Counted from the stretch's first letter, positions 40,950 to 54,847 are shown. The stretch: 64,000 bases of DNA from an uncultured Alphaproteobacteria bacterium (GCA_902574475.1 CACGNZ010000002.1:18161-82160), one strand, 5' to 3'. Made by a program: numbers and translations. Notes: a model not told the origin generated them from the sequence alone.

Positions 40950-42131
40950 ATGAGCACTGAATTAATAGTTCCAACACTTGGAGAGTCAATTACGGAAGCA
41001 ACTGTTTCAAAATGGCTTAAGAATATAGGCGATAATTTTGAAGCAGATGAACCTTTAGTTGAAATTGAGACAGACAAAATTACAGTTGAAGTACCAGCAC
41101 CTCATGCAGGCTCTCTAAAAGAAATAAAAGTTTCTGAAGGCACTGATGTTGAAATTGGTGGTATTTTAGGAATCTTAGATGAATCAAAAGGCAAAACACC
41201 AAGTCCTAAAAAAACTGAAACTAAAGAAGAAAAAATAAAAGATGAAGTAAAAGCAGTTAAGGTTGAAACAAAATCTTCGCCTGCCAAATCTTCACCATCT
41301 GCAAGGAAAATAGCTGAAGAAAATAATATTAAACTTGAAGATGTCACCTCACCCCGTTCTGATGGAAGAATTAATAAAGAAGATGTAGTTTCTCATCTTT
41401 CTTCTTCAAATAAAACAACCACTAACAAAGGTGAAAGAGAAGAAGTTGTTAAAATGTCTAAAATCAGACAGACAATATCTAAACGTTTAAAAGAGGCTCA
41501 AAATACAGCAGCCATACTTACCACTTTCAATGAAATTGACATGTCCAAAGTTATGGAAATTAGAAAATCAAAAAATCAAGAATTTCAAAGTCGGTATGAG
41601 GTCAAATTAGGTTTCATGTCATTTTTTGTAAAAGCGGTAGTAAAAAGTTTGCAAGAGTATTCAGCTGTGAACGCTGAAATTAAAGATGAAAATATAATTT
41701 ATAAAAATCATTTTGATATAGGTATAGCTGTTGGAACTGAAAAAGGATTAGTCGTACCAATACTTAAAGACGCCGATCAATTGAGTTTTGGAGAAATAGA
41801 AACTAAAATTATTGATCTTAGTACAAAAGCCAAAGATGGAACGCTGACCATGGACGATTTGACTGGTGGAACTTTTACAATTTCAAATGGTGGCGTTTAC
41901 GGATCAATGCTCAGCACCCCAATAATCAATAGACCTCAATCTGGAATTTTAGGGATGCATAATATTCAAAAAAGAGCAGTAGTTGTAAATGATGAAATAG
42001 TAATTAGGCCAATGATGTATGTTGCATTAAGTTATGATCATAGAATTATTGATGGAAAAGAAAGTGTTGGATTTTTAGTGAAAGTGAAAGAACTTCTAGA
42101 AGAACCATCCGAATTAGTATTAGGAATATAA
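40950..42131 (+). CDS. sucB: Dihydrolipoamide succinyltransferase (E2)
   Basis: 393 aa with lipoyl-Lys [11 protein letters not shown] and catalytic SYDHRIIDG. Confidence 0.9.
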   Translation: MSTELIVPTLGESITEATVSKWLKNIGDNFEADEPLVEIETDKITVEVPAPHAGSLKEIKVSEGTDVEIGGILGILDESKGKTPSPKKTETKEEKIKDEVKAVKVETKSSPAKSSPSARKIAEENNIKLEDVTSPRSDGRINKEDVVSHLSSSNKTTTNKGEREEVVKMSKIRQTISKRLKEAQNTAAILTTFNEIDMSKVMEIRKSKNQEFQSRYEVKLGFMSFFVKAVVKSLQEYSAVNAEIKDENIIYKNHFDIGIAVGTEKGLVVPILKDADQLSFGEIETKIIDLSTKAKDGTLTMDDLTGGTFTISNGGVYGSMLSTPIINRPQSGILGMHNIQKRAVVVNDEIVIRPMMYVALSYDHRIIDGKESVGFLVKVKELLEEPSELVLGI

Positions 42132-42132
42132 A

Positions 42133-43530
42133 ATGGAAGATTTTGATTTAATAGTAATTGGTGCGGGACCTGGCGGATATGTAGCTGCAATCAGAGCAGC
42201 TCAACTTGGAATGAAGGTTGCTTGTATAGAAAAAGAGCCATCACTTGGTGGAACTTGTTTGAACATTGGATGCATACCTTCTAAAGCATTATTAAATTCA
42301 TCTGAAAAATTTGTTGAAATTTCAAATCATGCTGCAGAGCATGGCATAAAAACATCAAAGATAGATTTAGACCTAAATGTTTTGATGGATCGCAAAACTA
42401 AGATTGTAAAAAAACTTACAACAGGGATTGGTTTTTTATTTAAGAAAAATAAAATCACGCATATTCCTGGCATGGCTTCATTTGTAGATAAAAATACTAT
42501 TTCTATTACAAATGGAAAAAATGAAATTACTGCTAGTGCTAAAAATTTTATTATCGCAACAGGATCATCTTCGATTGAGATACCAAATATTCCTGTTGAT
42601 GAAAAACAAATAGTATCTTCAACAGGTGCTCTTTCTCTATCTAAAATACCAAAATCACTCCTAGTTATTGGTGGTGGATATATTGGACTAGAGATGGGAT
42701 CAGTATGGAGTAGATTAGGTTCAAAGGTAACAGTTGTTGAAGCTCTTGACAGAATTGTTCCAACTATGGATGGTGAAATTGCTAAAGAGTTTATGAAAAT
42801 GTTAACTAAACAAGGGTTAGAATTTAAATTATCGCATAAAGTGAGTTCTGCAAAATCTGGTAAGTCTGGTGTAGATGTTGAAATGGAAACATCAGATAAA
42901 AAGAAAATAAAAGAAAACTACGAAATAGTTTTAATGTCAGTAGGAAGAAAACCAAACACAGAGGGACTGGGTATCGAAAAAATTGGTATTAAATTAACCG
43001 AAAAAAAATCCATTGAAATTAAAGATAACTTTCAAACTTCTGTTGAAGGAATCTACGCCATTGGTGATGTAGCACCGGGACCAATGCTAGCACACAAAGC
43101 TGAAGAAGAAGGAGTTGCTTGTGTTGAATTTATAAATGGTCAAAAACCTCATATAAACTATGACGCTATACCAGCGATTGTTTATACCAATCCAGAGATT
43201 GCATCTGTAGGTAAAACAGAAGAACAACTCAAGCAAGAAAAGAGAGACTTCAAGGTTGGAAAATTTCCTTTTATGGCAAATGGTCGTGCCCTAACCACTT
43301 CTGCATCAGAGGGATTTGTCAAAATTTTGGTTGATAAAAAAACAGATGAAATTTTAGGTGCTCATATAATCGGTCATGATGCTGGACAACTGATTGCAGA
43401 AATTGTTACCACAATCGAATTTGGTGGAAGTGCAGAAGATATTGCTAGAGTATGTCATGCTCATCCAACAACAAGTGAAGCGGTAAAAGAAGCAGCTTTA
43501 AGTGTTGATGGCAGAGCCATACATATTTAA
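42133..43530 (+). CDS. lpdA: Dihydrolipoyl dehydrogenase (E3)
   Basis: 465 aa with the redox disulfide GGTCLNIGCIPSK. Confidence 0.9.
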   Translation: MEDFDLIVIGAGPGGYVAAIRAAQLGMKVACIEKEPSLGGTCLNIGCIPSKALLNSSEKFVEISNHAAEHGIKTSKIDLDLNVLMDRKTKIVKKLTTGIGFLFKKNKITHIPGMASFVDKNTISITNGKNEITASAKNFIIATGSSSIEIPNIPVDEKQIVSSTGALSLSKIPKSLLVIGGGYIGLEMGSVWSRLGSKVTVVEALDRIVPTMDGEIAKEFMKMLTKQGLEFKLSHKVSSAKSGKSGVDVEMETSDKKKIKENYEIVLMSVGRKPNTEGLGIEKIGIKLTEKKSIEIKDNFQTSVEGIYAIGDVAPGPMLAHKAEEEGVACVEFINGQKPHINYDAIPAIVYTNPEIASVGKTEEQLKQEKRDFKVGKFPFMANGRALTTSASEGFVKILVDKKTDEILGAHIIGHDAGQLIAEIVTTIEFGGSAEDIARVCHAHPTTSEAVKEAALSVDGRAIHI

Positions 43531-43730
43531 ATTTTAGCTAGATCCATTCCTTTTTTATATTTTTTTGATGACTGTTTTACAACTGCTTGACCACACCTCA
43601 TAACTTTTCTTTTATGATCAAATGTCATTTTTGGCTCTCCATGTAATTTCCAACCATTAGATAATGCTTCTGTTACTCTTTGACAAAAATCAACAGTATC
43701 ATCATCAGTAATAAATCTATAACCTTTCAT
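43527..43730 (-). CDS. DUF1737-like small protein
   Basis: 67 aa. MKGYRFITDDDTVDFCQRVTEALSNGWKLHGEPKMTFD...CGQAVVK matches my recollection of the DUF1737 pattern. Confidence 0.55.
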   Translation of the reverse strand: MKGYRFITDDDTVDFCQRVTEALSNGWKLHGEPKMTFDHKRKVMRCGQAVVKQSSKKYKKGMDLAKI

Positions 43731-43747
43731 GTATGCTCCTTTTTGTA

Positions 43748-45070
43748 TTAATTTATTTGATCTAGAATTTTTAATTGTTCATTTGATTTTAAACCAATAA
43801 ATGTTTCAAAATCTATGAGAAAATCATCATAACTCATATTAAAATTTTTCCTAAAAGATTCTCTCCATCCTTGGTGGATTTCTCCTTCTTCCCTTTTTTC
43901 TAATTCAAGTTCAGCAATATCTTCATAAAAATCAAAGAATACTTTTTGATTAGATCCACTTAAAGAAGCAAGGTACGCTGTTGCCCACATACCACCATCA
44001 TACTCGAAGCCTTGATCACATTTACTGCGAAGTTTAAATGCATCTTCTGCTCTTTCTACATCTTTTAGTTTAATTCCTTTTTTTGCACATTTGCGAAAGG
44101 ATTTTAGTGTTTGTTTCATAATTTTTTTGTAATCAGCTAAATTATTTTTTCCAATAATATAATAACCAAAATATTCTGCTCCACCTTCTTCAATCCACAT
44201 TGGCATATCATCATTAAATTTATACTGGGCAACACCAAAACGTTTTTCATCTTCAAAAAAAATTTTTTTCATATTTTGATAAACATGAAAATATTCATGT
44301 GCTACTATTTTTGCAACACTCCACGCTTCATTCTTATAACCCCTCCACCAACATTTATTACCCTCAATACTTCCTTTTAATGTTTCAGGTGAAAAATAGG
44401 CAGACGCTACACATTCTTTGAACCATTTTTTGTTATCACCACCACCTACTTTTAAACATTCTTCGTTGAAATTTTCCCCACGATTTACTTCACACCAATT
44501 TTGAGCAACTTTTTTTAGATTAGATTTCTTTTCATTCCAGATAATAACATGAGTTTCCGCAATGGGTTTTTTACCAAGCTCAAGGTAGGAATATTCAAGG
44601 GTTTCCATAAATAAACTATGAAGATCATCAGGGACTCCTTTATATTTAGGAAATATAATTTTTTCCTGTCCATACCAGTCAGGTATTCTATATTCATATT
44701 CAACCAAGTTGGCTGAATTGTCATACTCTCTTTCTCCTTCATCATTTGTAACAAAAGCAACATTTTCCCAAATAATTTTGTCGTTAACAGCAAAAGGTTC
44801 ACACTTTCCTGAAATATTATTTTCTTTTCTCCATTTTTCACAATCTTTAAAAGCTGCTTTTTTTGCTTTCTCTTCTGACTTTTCACCAATAGTCATTCCG
44901 TATTCACATTCACCATCGCTGACTACAACATAAAACGCAGCATGTTGATCTTTAGCCTCTTCTTGATATTCTTTAAATGGTTCGTCCATTATCCAACTAC
45001 ATATTTGAGGATTGGCAAATATATTTTGGGAATTAACTAATAAAAAAAAAATTATTAGCAAAATTTTCAT
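43748..45070 (-). CDS. Secreted protein: N-terminal Cys-containing (DUF4189-like) domain plus C-terminal HExxH gluzincin-like domain
   Basis: 440 aa with a signal peptide (MKILLIIFFLLVNSQNIFA). VAHEYFHVYQ is followed 33 aa later by WIEEGGAEYF, an HExxH...W..EG.AEY arrangement as in peptidase-MA / basic-secretory-protein-like families. No close family recognised. Confidence 0.5.
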   Translation of the reverse strand: MKILLIIFFLLVNSQNIFANPQICSWIMDEPFKEYQEEAKDQHAAFYVVVSDGECEYGMTIGEKSEEKAKKAAFKDCEKWRKENNISGKCEPFAVNDKIIWENVAFVTNDEGEREYDNSANLVEYEYRIPDWYGQEKIIFPKYKGVPDDLHSLFMETLEYSYLELGKKPIAETHVIIWNEKKSNLKKVAQNWCEVNRGENFNEECLKVGGGDNKKWFKECVASAYFSPETLKGSIEGNKCWWRGYKNEAWSVAKIVAHEYFHVYQNMKKIFFEDEKRFGVAQYKFNDDMPMWIEEGGAEYFGYYIIGKNNLADYKKIMKQTLKSFRKCAKKGIKLKDVERAEDAFKLRSKCDQGFEYDGGMWATAYLASLSGSNQKVFFDFYEDIAELELEKREEGEIHQGWRESFRKNFNMSYDDFLIDFETFIGLKSNEQLKILDQIN

Positions 45071-45729
45071 TTTATGATTAATAAATTAATCTCTATAATT
45101 TTAATTAAGTACTCAACAAGATCAGTTTGCATATCAACTGTGAATTTATTTTTATCTTTTGATCCCATAGCCAATATTAGACTATCTTCACGCAATTTAA
45201 CTTTTAATAAAATATATGATTTTATTGCTGCTGATTTATTAGGAAAAAATAAAAGTAAACCTTTAGGATTTTGATTTAAATTTGTAACCATTTTGTTTTT
45301 AAAATAACTATTTGTAATTTTAATATCCAGTTGTGATAAGTTTTCTGCTCTAATATTTTCATTTGTAACAAAACAATTCATTTCATCACAACCTAAAATT
45401 ATTTTAAGATCATTTTTAATTAAGCTTATTAATTTTTGTAAACTTTTTACATTTAGAATTCTAATTGTAGATTTTAGAATTCTTTTTTGAGCATTTAAAT
45501 GACTTTTTCCTGCAAGTAGTACTTTTGTCATTTGATTTTGTAAGTCTATATTTTGTTGTGATATTTTTTTATATCTATAAGCCTCTAGATCAATAACCTT
45601 ATCTGAACTATTATCGAGGGTTGGAAAATTTAGTTCATTAACTAAATCTGAATTTTTAATAAAAAAATTTTTATTTTTTTTTAAAAAATTGATTATTTGT
45701 TTTTCACTAATTTCATCTTCATGCGCCAT
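45067..45729 (-). CDS. DUF484 family protein
   Basis: Start moved to ATG 45729 (MAHEDEISEKQIINFLKKNKNFFIKNSDLVNELNFP, a typical DUF484 N-terminus), leaving 5 nt after the tal stop. The tracked start at 45771 would overlap tal by 37 nt. Confidence 0.6.
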   Translation of the reverse strand: MAHEDEISEKQIINFLKKNKNFFIKNSDLVNELNFPTLDNSSDKVIDLEAYRYKKISQQNIDLQNQMTKVLLAGKSHLNAQKRILKSTIRILNVKSLQKLISLIKNDLKIILGCDEMNCFVTNENIRAENLSQLDIKITNSYFKNKMVTNLNQNPKGLLLFFPNKSAAIKSYILLKVKLREDSLILAMGSKDKNKFTVDMQTDLVEYLIKIIEINLLIIK

Positions 45730-45734
45730 GACGA

Positions 45735-46394
45735 TTATTTTGGCAAGATTTGCTGTCCTGTTTTTGCCCAATCATCGAGAAATGCTTTCAGCCCTTTATC
45801 TGTGAGAGGATGTTTATATAATTCGTGAATAACTTTAGGCGGTAGAGTTGAAACATGAGCACCAATCACAGCTGCATCAATAAGATGTTGAGTGTTTCTT
45901 ACCGAAGCAACTAATACTTCCGTATCAAATCCATAATTTTCATACATTATTACTATATCTGAAATTAGATCCATACCTTTTTCACCAATATCATCGAGCC
46001 TTCCCACAAATGGAGAAATAAATGTTGCACCAACCTTAGCGGCTAGTAATGCTTGAGCAGCACTAAAACACAACGTTACATTTACCATGATATCTTTTTC
46101 TCTAAGAGCTTTGCATGTTTGAAGACCAGCAGGTGTAAGAGGAACTTTTACAGCAACATTATTAGCTAATGATGCTAAGTATTCACCTTCTTCCAGCATT
46201 TTGTCAAATTCAGTTGCTGTCACTTCTGCACTTACTGGACCAGATACCATGGAACAAATTGCTTTAATTGTTTCTCCCATATCTTTACCGCTTTTTGCAA
46301 TTAGAGATGGGTTTGTCGTTACACCGTCTATTAATCCACTAGGCATTAACTCTTCAATCTGAGATATATCGGCAGTGTCTATAAAAAATTTCAT
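45735..46394 (-). CDS. tal: Transaldolase (short, Fsa-like type)
   Basis: 219 aa with [16 protein letters not shown] and the VAVKVP Schiff-base Lys region. Confidence 0.9.
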   Translation of the reverse strand: MKFFIDTADISQIEELMPSGLIDGVTTNPSLIAKSGKDMGETIKAICSMVSGPVSAEVTATEFDKMLEEGEYLASLANNVAVKVPLTPAGLQTCKALREKDIMVNVTLCFSAAQALLAAKVGATFISPFVGRLDDIGEKGMDLISDIVIMYENYGFDTEVLVASVRNTQHLIDAAVIGAHVSTLPPKVIHELYKHPLTDKGLKAFLDDWAKTGQQILPK

Positions 46395-46457
46395 TGTTTG
46401 TTGTATACCATATACAAGTTATTTAGAAAGTTAACATATAAAAAACACATAAATATA

Positions 46458-48413
46458 ATGTTGTACGATGTAGTAGTAACAAGACCTTTCGATAAAGTTT
46501 TCACTTATTCTTCAACAAATGAGCAACTTGAAATTGGTCAGGTAGTCTTAGTTCCATTTGGAAAAAAAATAGAATCTGGAATTATTTGGAAGAAGAATGT
46601 TAAAAATCCTGGATACGAAATTAAAGAGGTTACAAAAATTTGTAATGATATTATCCTTCAGAATTCTTCAATCGATTTTATAAATTGGATCGCAAGTTAT
46701 ACTTTAGCTCCACTAGGAGCAGTTTTAAAATTATTTCTTATTAACAATGATATTGTGGAATTTGATAAAGAAAAATTAGATAGTTTCAATAACACCAAAC
46801 CTTCTTTAGTGACATTGAGTGAAGAGCAAGCAAATTCATTTAAAGAAATCACCCAATCATTTAATAAATCAAACAAACCTGTTTTATTAGAAGGTGTAAC
46901 AGGCTCTGGTAAAACTGAAGTATATTTTGAAATAATAGATAAATTTTTAAAAGAAAAAAAACAAATATTAATAATGGTTCCAGAAATTAGCTTAACACCA
47001 CAATTAGAGACAAGAGTAAAGAAACGTTTTGGAATGGAAGTGTGTTTGTGGCATTCTAAAATTACAAAAAAAAATAGGCAAAAAATTTGGCATAAATGTT
47101 TTGCAAGAGATACAGTCATTGTTATTGGTGCTCGTTCAAGTTTGTTTCTTCCTTTTACAAACTTAGGATTAATTGTTGTCGATGAAGAACATGATACTAG
47201 TTATAAACAAGAGGACAATATACGTTACCAAGCAAGAGATCTTGCAATTGTAAGAGCTAAAATTGAAAAAAATTTTATATTATTAGCTTCGGCAACACCG
47301 TCTTTAGAAACAATAAATAATGTTAAAATTAAAAAATATGATCAAGTCTATTTATCAAAACAATTTTCTGGAACTCCATTACCTGAAATTTCTATAATTG
47401 ATTTAAATAAAAATAAACTTGATAAAGATAAATGGATATCACAATCAATTATTAATTCTATTTCTCAGTGCTTAGAAAATAAGGAACAAACTCTTATTTT
47501 TTTAAATCGTAGAGGATATTCACCATTAACCTTATGTAATAGTTGTGGATTCAGATATGAATGTGATCAATGTTCATCATGGATGGTTATGCATCAACAC
47601 AAAAAAGTTTTCTTATGCCATCAATGTGGAACTATAAAAAAATTAAATTTAGATTGTCCTCAATGTAATGAAAAAGATAGTATAAAATTTGTTGGTCCTG
47701 GAGTTGAGAGAGTTGCAGAGGAGCTAAAAGAATTTTTTCCTGGGAAAAATATTTCCATCATGTCAAGCGACAACGTTAACACACCAAACAAAATTAAAAA
47801 TTTTATTACTGATATAAACAACAAAGATATAGATATAATTGTAGCCACACAAATTATGGCAAAAGGATATGATTTTCCAAATTTATCATTAGTAGGAATC
47901 GTTGATGCGGACGCAGGTTTATTTGGCGGTGATCCTAGAGCTATAGAAAAAACTTTTAACCTACTTCAGCAAGTTGGAGGAAGAGCTGGTAGAGGAAAAA
48001 AAATTGGTAAAGTTTTTCTTCAAACATATTTTCCAGATCAAGAAATAATTAAGTCGATACAACTTCGAGAAAGAGAAGCTTTCGTTGAAAGAGCTTTAGA
48101 AGAAAGAAAGAATTTTAATATTCCTCCTTTTGGTTTTATGACTTCAATAATTCTTTCTAGTCATACAAAAGCTTTAGTTCTTAAACATGCTTCAAGAATG
48201 GCTCGACAAGATCAAAATAGTGAAAATATTAAAATTCTTGGTCCAGTTGAAGCTCCAATTTCTTTGCTTAGAGGACAATATCGATACAGAATATTATTGA
48301 AGAGCAATAGTAGAAAAAATCTTAATAAATTCACAAAAAAAATTGTCGAAAAGACTAAATTACCTTCTTCTGTAAAGTTAATTATTGATGTCGATCCCTA
48401 TTCATTTATGTAA
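46458..48413 (+). CDS. priA: Primosomal protein N' (replication restart helicase)
   Basis: Start chosen at ATG 46458 (MLYDVVVTRPFDKVFTYS). Walker A GVTGSGKTE, VDEEHD, and four Cys pairs (CNSCG, CDQCS, CHQCG, CPQC). Confidence 0.85.
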   Translation: MLYDVVVTRPFDKVFTYSSTNEQLEIGQVVLVPFGKKIESGIIWKKNVKNPGYEIKEVTKICNDIILQNSSIDFINWIASYTLAPLGAVLKLFLINNDIVEFDKEKLDSFNNTKPSLVTLSEEQANSFKEITQSFNKSNKPVLLEGVTGSGKTEVYFEIIDKFLKEKKQILIMVPEISLTPQLETRVKKRFGMEVCLWHSKITKKNRQKIWHKCFARDTVIVIGARSSLFLPFTNLGLIVVDEEHDTSYKQEDNIRYQARDLAIVRAKIEKNFILLASATPSLETINNVKIKKYDQVYLSKQFSGTPLPEISIIDLNKNKLDKDKWISQSIINSISQCLENKEQTLIFLNRRGYSPLTLCNSCGFRYECDQCSSWMVMHQHKKVFLCHQCGTIKKLNLDCPQCNEKDSIKFVGPGVERVAEELKEFFPGKNISIMSSDNVNTPNKIKNFITDINNKDIDIIVATQIMAKGYDFPNLSLVGIVDADAGLFGGDPRAIEKTFNLLQQVGGRAGRGKKIGKVFLQTYFPDQEIIKSIQLREREAFVERALEERKNFNIPPFGFMTSIILSSHTKALVLKHASRMARQDQNSENIKILGPVEAPISLLRGQYRYRILLKSNSRKNLNKFTKKIVEKTKLPSSVKLIIDVDPYSFM

Positions 48414-48531
48414 TTTACCCACAATTTTAAAAATATCTTCGATTTAACTCATTTGACGCACAAACTGACAGTTTACCTACTTTTTCTGATGTGTTAATAG
48501 CCTATTTCTAAACTTCTTATGAATCTAATTT

Positions 48532-49089
48532 ATGGCATCTAATACATTATCTGGAGATCTTATATCGGAAAGATATGGAGCAGCTCTCTATGATCTTGCT
48601 TCTGAAAAAAAATGTATTGATGATATTCTAAATGACTTTGAATTAGTGCAAAAAGCTTTGAAAGAAAGTTTAGAGTTGACACAAGTTATTAAAAGTCCAT
48701 TAGTAAATTCAGATGAGAAGCTTAATATTTTGCTAAAATTATTTTCTAAAGCAAATTTACATAATCTTACGACAACTTTTTTAAAAGTTCTTGATAACAA
48801 TAAGAGAATTTCAAATATCGCTTCTATTATTTTACAATTTAAAAAAATAAACTCTGAAAAAAGAGGTGATATTACTGCTGACATAACATCAGCAAATATT
48901 TTATCTGATGATGAAAAAAATAATATTACAAATCAACTTAAAAAATCTTTAGGTGAAAAATTATCTTTAAATTTTGATGTCGATGAAGACATTATTGGTG
49001 GTTTAATTGTTAAGGTTGGTTCCAAAATGATTGATACATCTATAGCGAATAAAATTAATAAACTAAAAATTGCAATGAAGGGGGCATAA
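48532..49089 (+). CDS. atpH: ATP synthase F1 delta subunit
   Basis: 185 aa, positioned at the head of atpHAGDC, with an OSCP-like C-terminus ([18 protein letters not shown]). Confidence 0.85.
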   Translation: MASNTLSGDLISERYGAALYDLASEKKCIDDILNDFELVQKALKESLELTQVIKSPLVNSDEKLNILLKLFSKANLHNLTTTFLKVLDNNKRISNIASIILQFKKINSEKRGDITADITSANILSDDEKNNITNQLKKSLGEKLSLNFDVDEDIIGGLIVKVGSKMIDTSIANKINKLKIAMKGA

Positions 49090-50624
49090 TGGAAATCAAA
49101 GCTGCAGAAATATCGTCTGTAATTAAAGACCAAATAGCTAATTTTGAAACTAAAGCGGATGTTGCTGAGGTTGGAACAGTACTAAGTGTTGGAGATGGAA
49201 TTGCACGTGTGTATGGTCTTGATCAAGTACAAGCTGGAGAGATGGTAGAATTCCCAGGCGGCATTAAAGGTATGGCCCTCAACCTTGAAATGGATAACGT
49301 TGGTGTTTCAATTTTCGGTGATGATACTGGAATTAAAGAAGGTGACACAGTTAAACGTACAGGAGAAATTGTTGACGTTCCTGTTGGAAAAGAATTGTTA
49401 GGACGTGTTGTTGATGGTTTAGGAAATTCTATTGATGGTAAAGGTCCTATTCAATCTTCTGAAAAGAGAAGGATTGAATTAAAAGCCCCAGGTATTATTC
49501 CTCGTCAAAGTGTATCTGAACCTATGCAGACAGGTATTAAAGCACTTGATGCTCTTGTTCCAGTTGGAAGAGGTCAGCGTGAATTAATAATTGGTGACAG
49601 ACAAACAGGTAAAACTGCTGTTGCTATTGATACAATCTTAAATCAAAAATCTGTAAATCAATCAGACAATGAAAAAGAAAAGTTATATTGTATTTATGTT
49701 GCAATTGGTCAGAAAAGATCAACAGTAGCTCAAATTGTAAAAACGCTAGAAGATAATGGTGCAATGGAATATACAATTGTTGTATCGGCAACTGCATCAG
49801 AGCCTGCACCGTTGCAATTTTTGTCTGCTTATACTGGCTGTACAATGGGTGAGTACTTTAGAGATAATGGTATGCATGCATTAATTGTTTATGATGATTT
49901 ATCAAAGCAAGCTGTTGCTTACAGACAGATGTCTCTTTTATTAAGAAGACCTCCTGGACGTGAAGCATATCCCGGAGATGTATTTTACATTCATAGTCGT
50001 CTTTTAGAAAGAGCTGCCAAAATGAGTGATGAACATGGTGGTGGAAGTTTGACTGCCCTTCCAATTATTGAAACTCAAGCAGGGGATTTATCTGCTTATA
50101 TTCCAACGAATGTTATATCCATTACGGATGGACAAATATTCTTGGAAACCAACCTATTCTTTGCTGGTATTCGACCTGCGATTAACGTTGGTCTTTCTGT
50201 AAGTCGTGTTGGTTCTGCAGCGCAAACAAAGGCAATGAAAAAAATTGCTGGTCCTGTAAAACTAGAATTAGCTCAATATCGTGAAATGGCTGCTTTTGCA
50301 CAGTTTGCATCAGACTTAGACGCTTCAACGAAACAATTACTTGATCGTGGTGCAAGACTAGTTGAAATTTTAAAACAAGGTCAATATTCACCACTAACGG
50401 TTTCAGAGCAAGTTGTATCTATTTATGCAGGTGTACGTGGATATCTTGATAAAGTTGCAGTAGGCGATGTAGTCAAGTTTGAAACAGAAGTTTTAAATGA
50501 GATTAGAACTAAGCATAGTGATTTATTAGATGCAATTGCCAATGAAAAAGAATTATCTAAAGAAAATGATGATAAATTAAAATCAATCTTAGATGACTTG
50601 GTTGGAAAGTTTGCAAGTAACTAA
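49089..50624 (+). CDS. atpA: ATP synthase F1 alpha subunit
   Basis: 511 aa with the GDRQTGKT P-loop. Confidence 0.97.
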   Translation: MEIKAAEISSVIKDQIANFETKADVAEVGTVLSVGDGIARVYGLDQVQAGEMVEFPGGIKGMALNLEMDNVGVSIFGDDTGIKEGDTVKRTGEIVDVPVGKELLGRVVDGLGNSIDGKGPIQSSEKRRIELKAPGIIPRQSVSEPMQTGIKALDALVPVGRGQRELIIGDRQTGKTAVAIDTILNQKSVNQSDNEKEKLYCIYVAIGQKRSTVAQIVKTLEDNGAMEYTIVVSATASEPAPLQFLSAYTGCTMGEYFRDNGMHALIVYDDLSKQAVAYRQMSLLLRRPPGREAYPGDVFYIHSRLLERAAKMSDEHGGGSLTALPIIETQAGDLSAYIPTNVISITDGQIFLETNLFFAGIRPAINVGLSVSRVGSAAQTKAMKKIAGPVKLELAQYREMAAFAQFASDLDASTKQLLDRGARLVEILKQGQYSPLTVSEQVVSIYAGVRGYLDKVAVGDVVKFETEVLNEIRTKHSDLLDAIANEKELSKENDDKLKSILDDLVGKFASN

Positions 50625-50627
50625 TCT

Positions 50628-52952
<2,325 letters not shown>

Positions 52953-52953
<1 letters not shown>

Positions 52954-53351
52954 TGGCAACAATTTCTTTTGATTTAGTTTCTCCAGAAAACCTCATCTTT
53001 AATGATGATGTTGGAACTATTATTGTTCCAGGCAAAGATGGTGATCTGGGTGTCTTACCTGGACATAGTCAAGTAATGTCCTCATTAAGACCTGGTAGAG
53101 TGATGGTTTATAGTGAGGATAAAAATTTAGTTAAATCATTTTTTGTATCAGGTGGTTTTGCTGAAATTAATCCAGAGAAATGTATCGTCCTTGCAGAAAG
53201 TGTAGTTGAACTAAATTCTTTAGACAAGTCTTCAATTGAAAAAGAAATTGAAGAATTAGGTAGTAAGGAAAGTAAAGAATCAGAAGAGCAACTGTTGATA
53301 GCAAAAGCTAAATTAGAAGCTATAACAGTAAGTTTTTATGATAAGATTTAA
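52953..53351 (+). CDS. atpC: ATP synthase F1 epsilon subunit
   Basis: 132 aa, positioned after atpD, with the GDLGVLPGH block. Confidence 0.85.
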
Positions 53352-54382
53352 TTTCTAGAATTAACAGAGGCTATTAAATTTTTTGCATTATTACAAAATA
53401 GATTCTGTTTTTCACTTTCCGTTATTTTGCTATTTCGAATTCCTCTTTTCATTGCTCTTAATTGTTCGTATCTAATAAATGTCATTCGATCATCACAATG
53501 ACTTAGAGCTAAATTATGATTATCAGAACTTATTGCAGACCAAGCTTTCCCAAAAGTAATATATTTCCCTCTCATTCTCCCTATCATATCATCAGATCCA
53601 TACATTATTTTTTCAAGACCAACTCCTTGATACAGAGCGTCAATTGAATCAGATTCACATACTGTAGAACAATCATACCAAATATTTTTTAAATCTCTAA
53701 TTTTCTTAATTCCTTTTTCTAACGCCCAAGCAGAATAACTTCTAGCACAGTGAGCAAGTATCCATTTGACGTTAGGATATTTATCACTCAAATAAATTAG
53801 GTCATTAATATTATCATCATCAGCAATTGCATCCTTTTTTGCTAAATGCATCATAATGATAAGTCCAAATTTATCCGCAATTTCTATTTGCTCTTCAGTT
53901 ATAAAATCTAAAATTTTGCAATTAATTGTATCGTTTGTTTTTGAATAAAATCTATATGGTTTAAAACCTTTAATGTTATTTTTTAATAAAAGCTCTTCAA
54001 TATAATTTTTATCCATATTTGGGTTAATTAAAATTAAGCACTTATTTTCAGTAAGTGTTTTAGTTTGTTCTAAAATATATTCATTTGAACCTTCAAAGTT
54101 ACATGGATATTTGAATGGAAAAGGAAAACTTAACCTATTTACAACTCTATTAGGCATAAGTAATTGATCTACTTGATCTGCAAATCTCATAGATACTTCA
54201 CTAAAATATTTTCCTTGAAAATTTCTTTCACCAATATCTTTTTTAGGATCTTGATTAAAACTCCATTTATAAATATGGGTATGAACATCAAAAATATTTT
54301 TAGGAACAAAGTTTTCTAACTCTTCATCCCATATTTGTTTATCTAAGCTTGTGATTATTAATTCAGGATTTTCATTAAACAT
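53348..54382 (-). CDS. Amidohydrolase-2-like metal-dependent hydrolase (TIM barrel)
   Basis: 344 aa. N-terminal FDVHTHIY metal-binding His pair, a later MHLA...AHCA, and a late D. Substrate unknown. Confidence 0.55.
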   Translation of the reverse strand: MFNENPELIITSLDKQIWDEELENFVPKNIFDVHTHIYKWSFNQDPKKDIGERNFQGKYFSEVSMRFADQVDQLLMPNRVVNRLSFPFPFKYPCNFEGSNEYILEQTKTLTENKCLILINPNMDKNYIEELLLKNNIKGFKPYRFYSKTNDTINCKILDFITEEQIEIADKFGLIIMMHLAKKDAIADDDNINDLIYLSDKYPNVKWILAHCARSYSAWALEKGIKKIRDLKNIWYDCSTVCESDSIDALYQGVGLEKIMYGSDDMIGRMRGKYITFGKAWSAISSDNHNLALSHCDDRMTFIRYEQLRAMKRGIRNSKITESEKQNLFCNNAKNLIASVNSRN

Positions 54383-54845
54383 CTTTTAGAACATTTTTAA
54401 ATTCACTTTGAATTTTCTGATAAACATTTTTTTTAAATGGTACTGCATTATGAGTAATTTCGTCGTAATTCATCCATTTCCAATCACTAAATTCAGGATT
54501 TTCTGTTCCTACATTTATATCACTATCATCACCATTAAAGTTAAATAAAAACCATTTTTGAATTTGACCCATATACTCATTTCCCCAAGGTAAGGTGTTT
54601 AAAATTTCACTTGGTATGTCATAGGAGATCCATTCTTTAGATGAAGCAATTAGAGACGCTTTATTAGTACCAATTTCTTCCATCATTTCTCTCCAAACTG
54701 CTTCTTCAGGATTTTCATTGTCATCAATACCACCTTGTGGCATTTGCCAATACCCGCTAGGATTATCTAATCTTTTGCCAACTAAAACCTGATTTTTAGT
54801 ATTGAGAATCATCATTCCCACACATTTTCTATATTTTTTTTGCAT
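54375..54845 (-). CDS. rppH: RNA pyrophosphohydrolase (Nudix)
   Basis: 156 aa with the Nudix box GGIDDNENPEEAVWREMMEEIG. Confidence 0.8.
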   Translation of the reverse strand: MQKKYRKCVGMMILNTKNQVLVGKRLDNPSGYWQMPQGGIDDNENPEEAVWREMMEEIGTNKASLIASSKEWISYDIPSEILNTLPWGNEYMGQIQKWFLFNFNGDDSDINVGTENPEFSDWKWMNYDEITHNAVPFKKNVYQKIQSEFKNVLKDV

Positions 54846-54847
54846 TA

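Noticed and set aside
44515-44933. ORFs 44515..44889 (-) and 44709..44933 (+) nested in the secreted HExxH protein gene.
   Set aside because: They are alternative-frame or antisense ORFs fully inside a longer ORF that has a signal peptide and coherent motifs. Their products are Lys- or Ser-rich and low in complexity.
46398-46457. A TTG-initiated 20-aa extension of priA.
   Set aside because: It would start 4 nt from the divergent tal start, leaving no promoter space. The ATG at 46458 gives a typical PriA N-terminus (MLYDVVVTRPFDKVFTYS).
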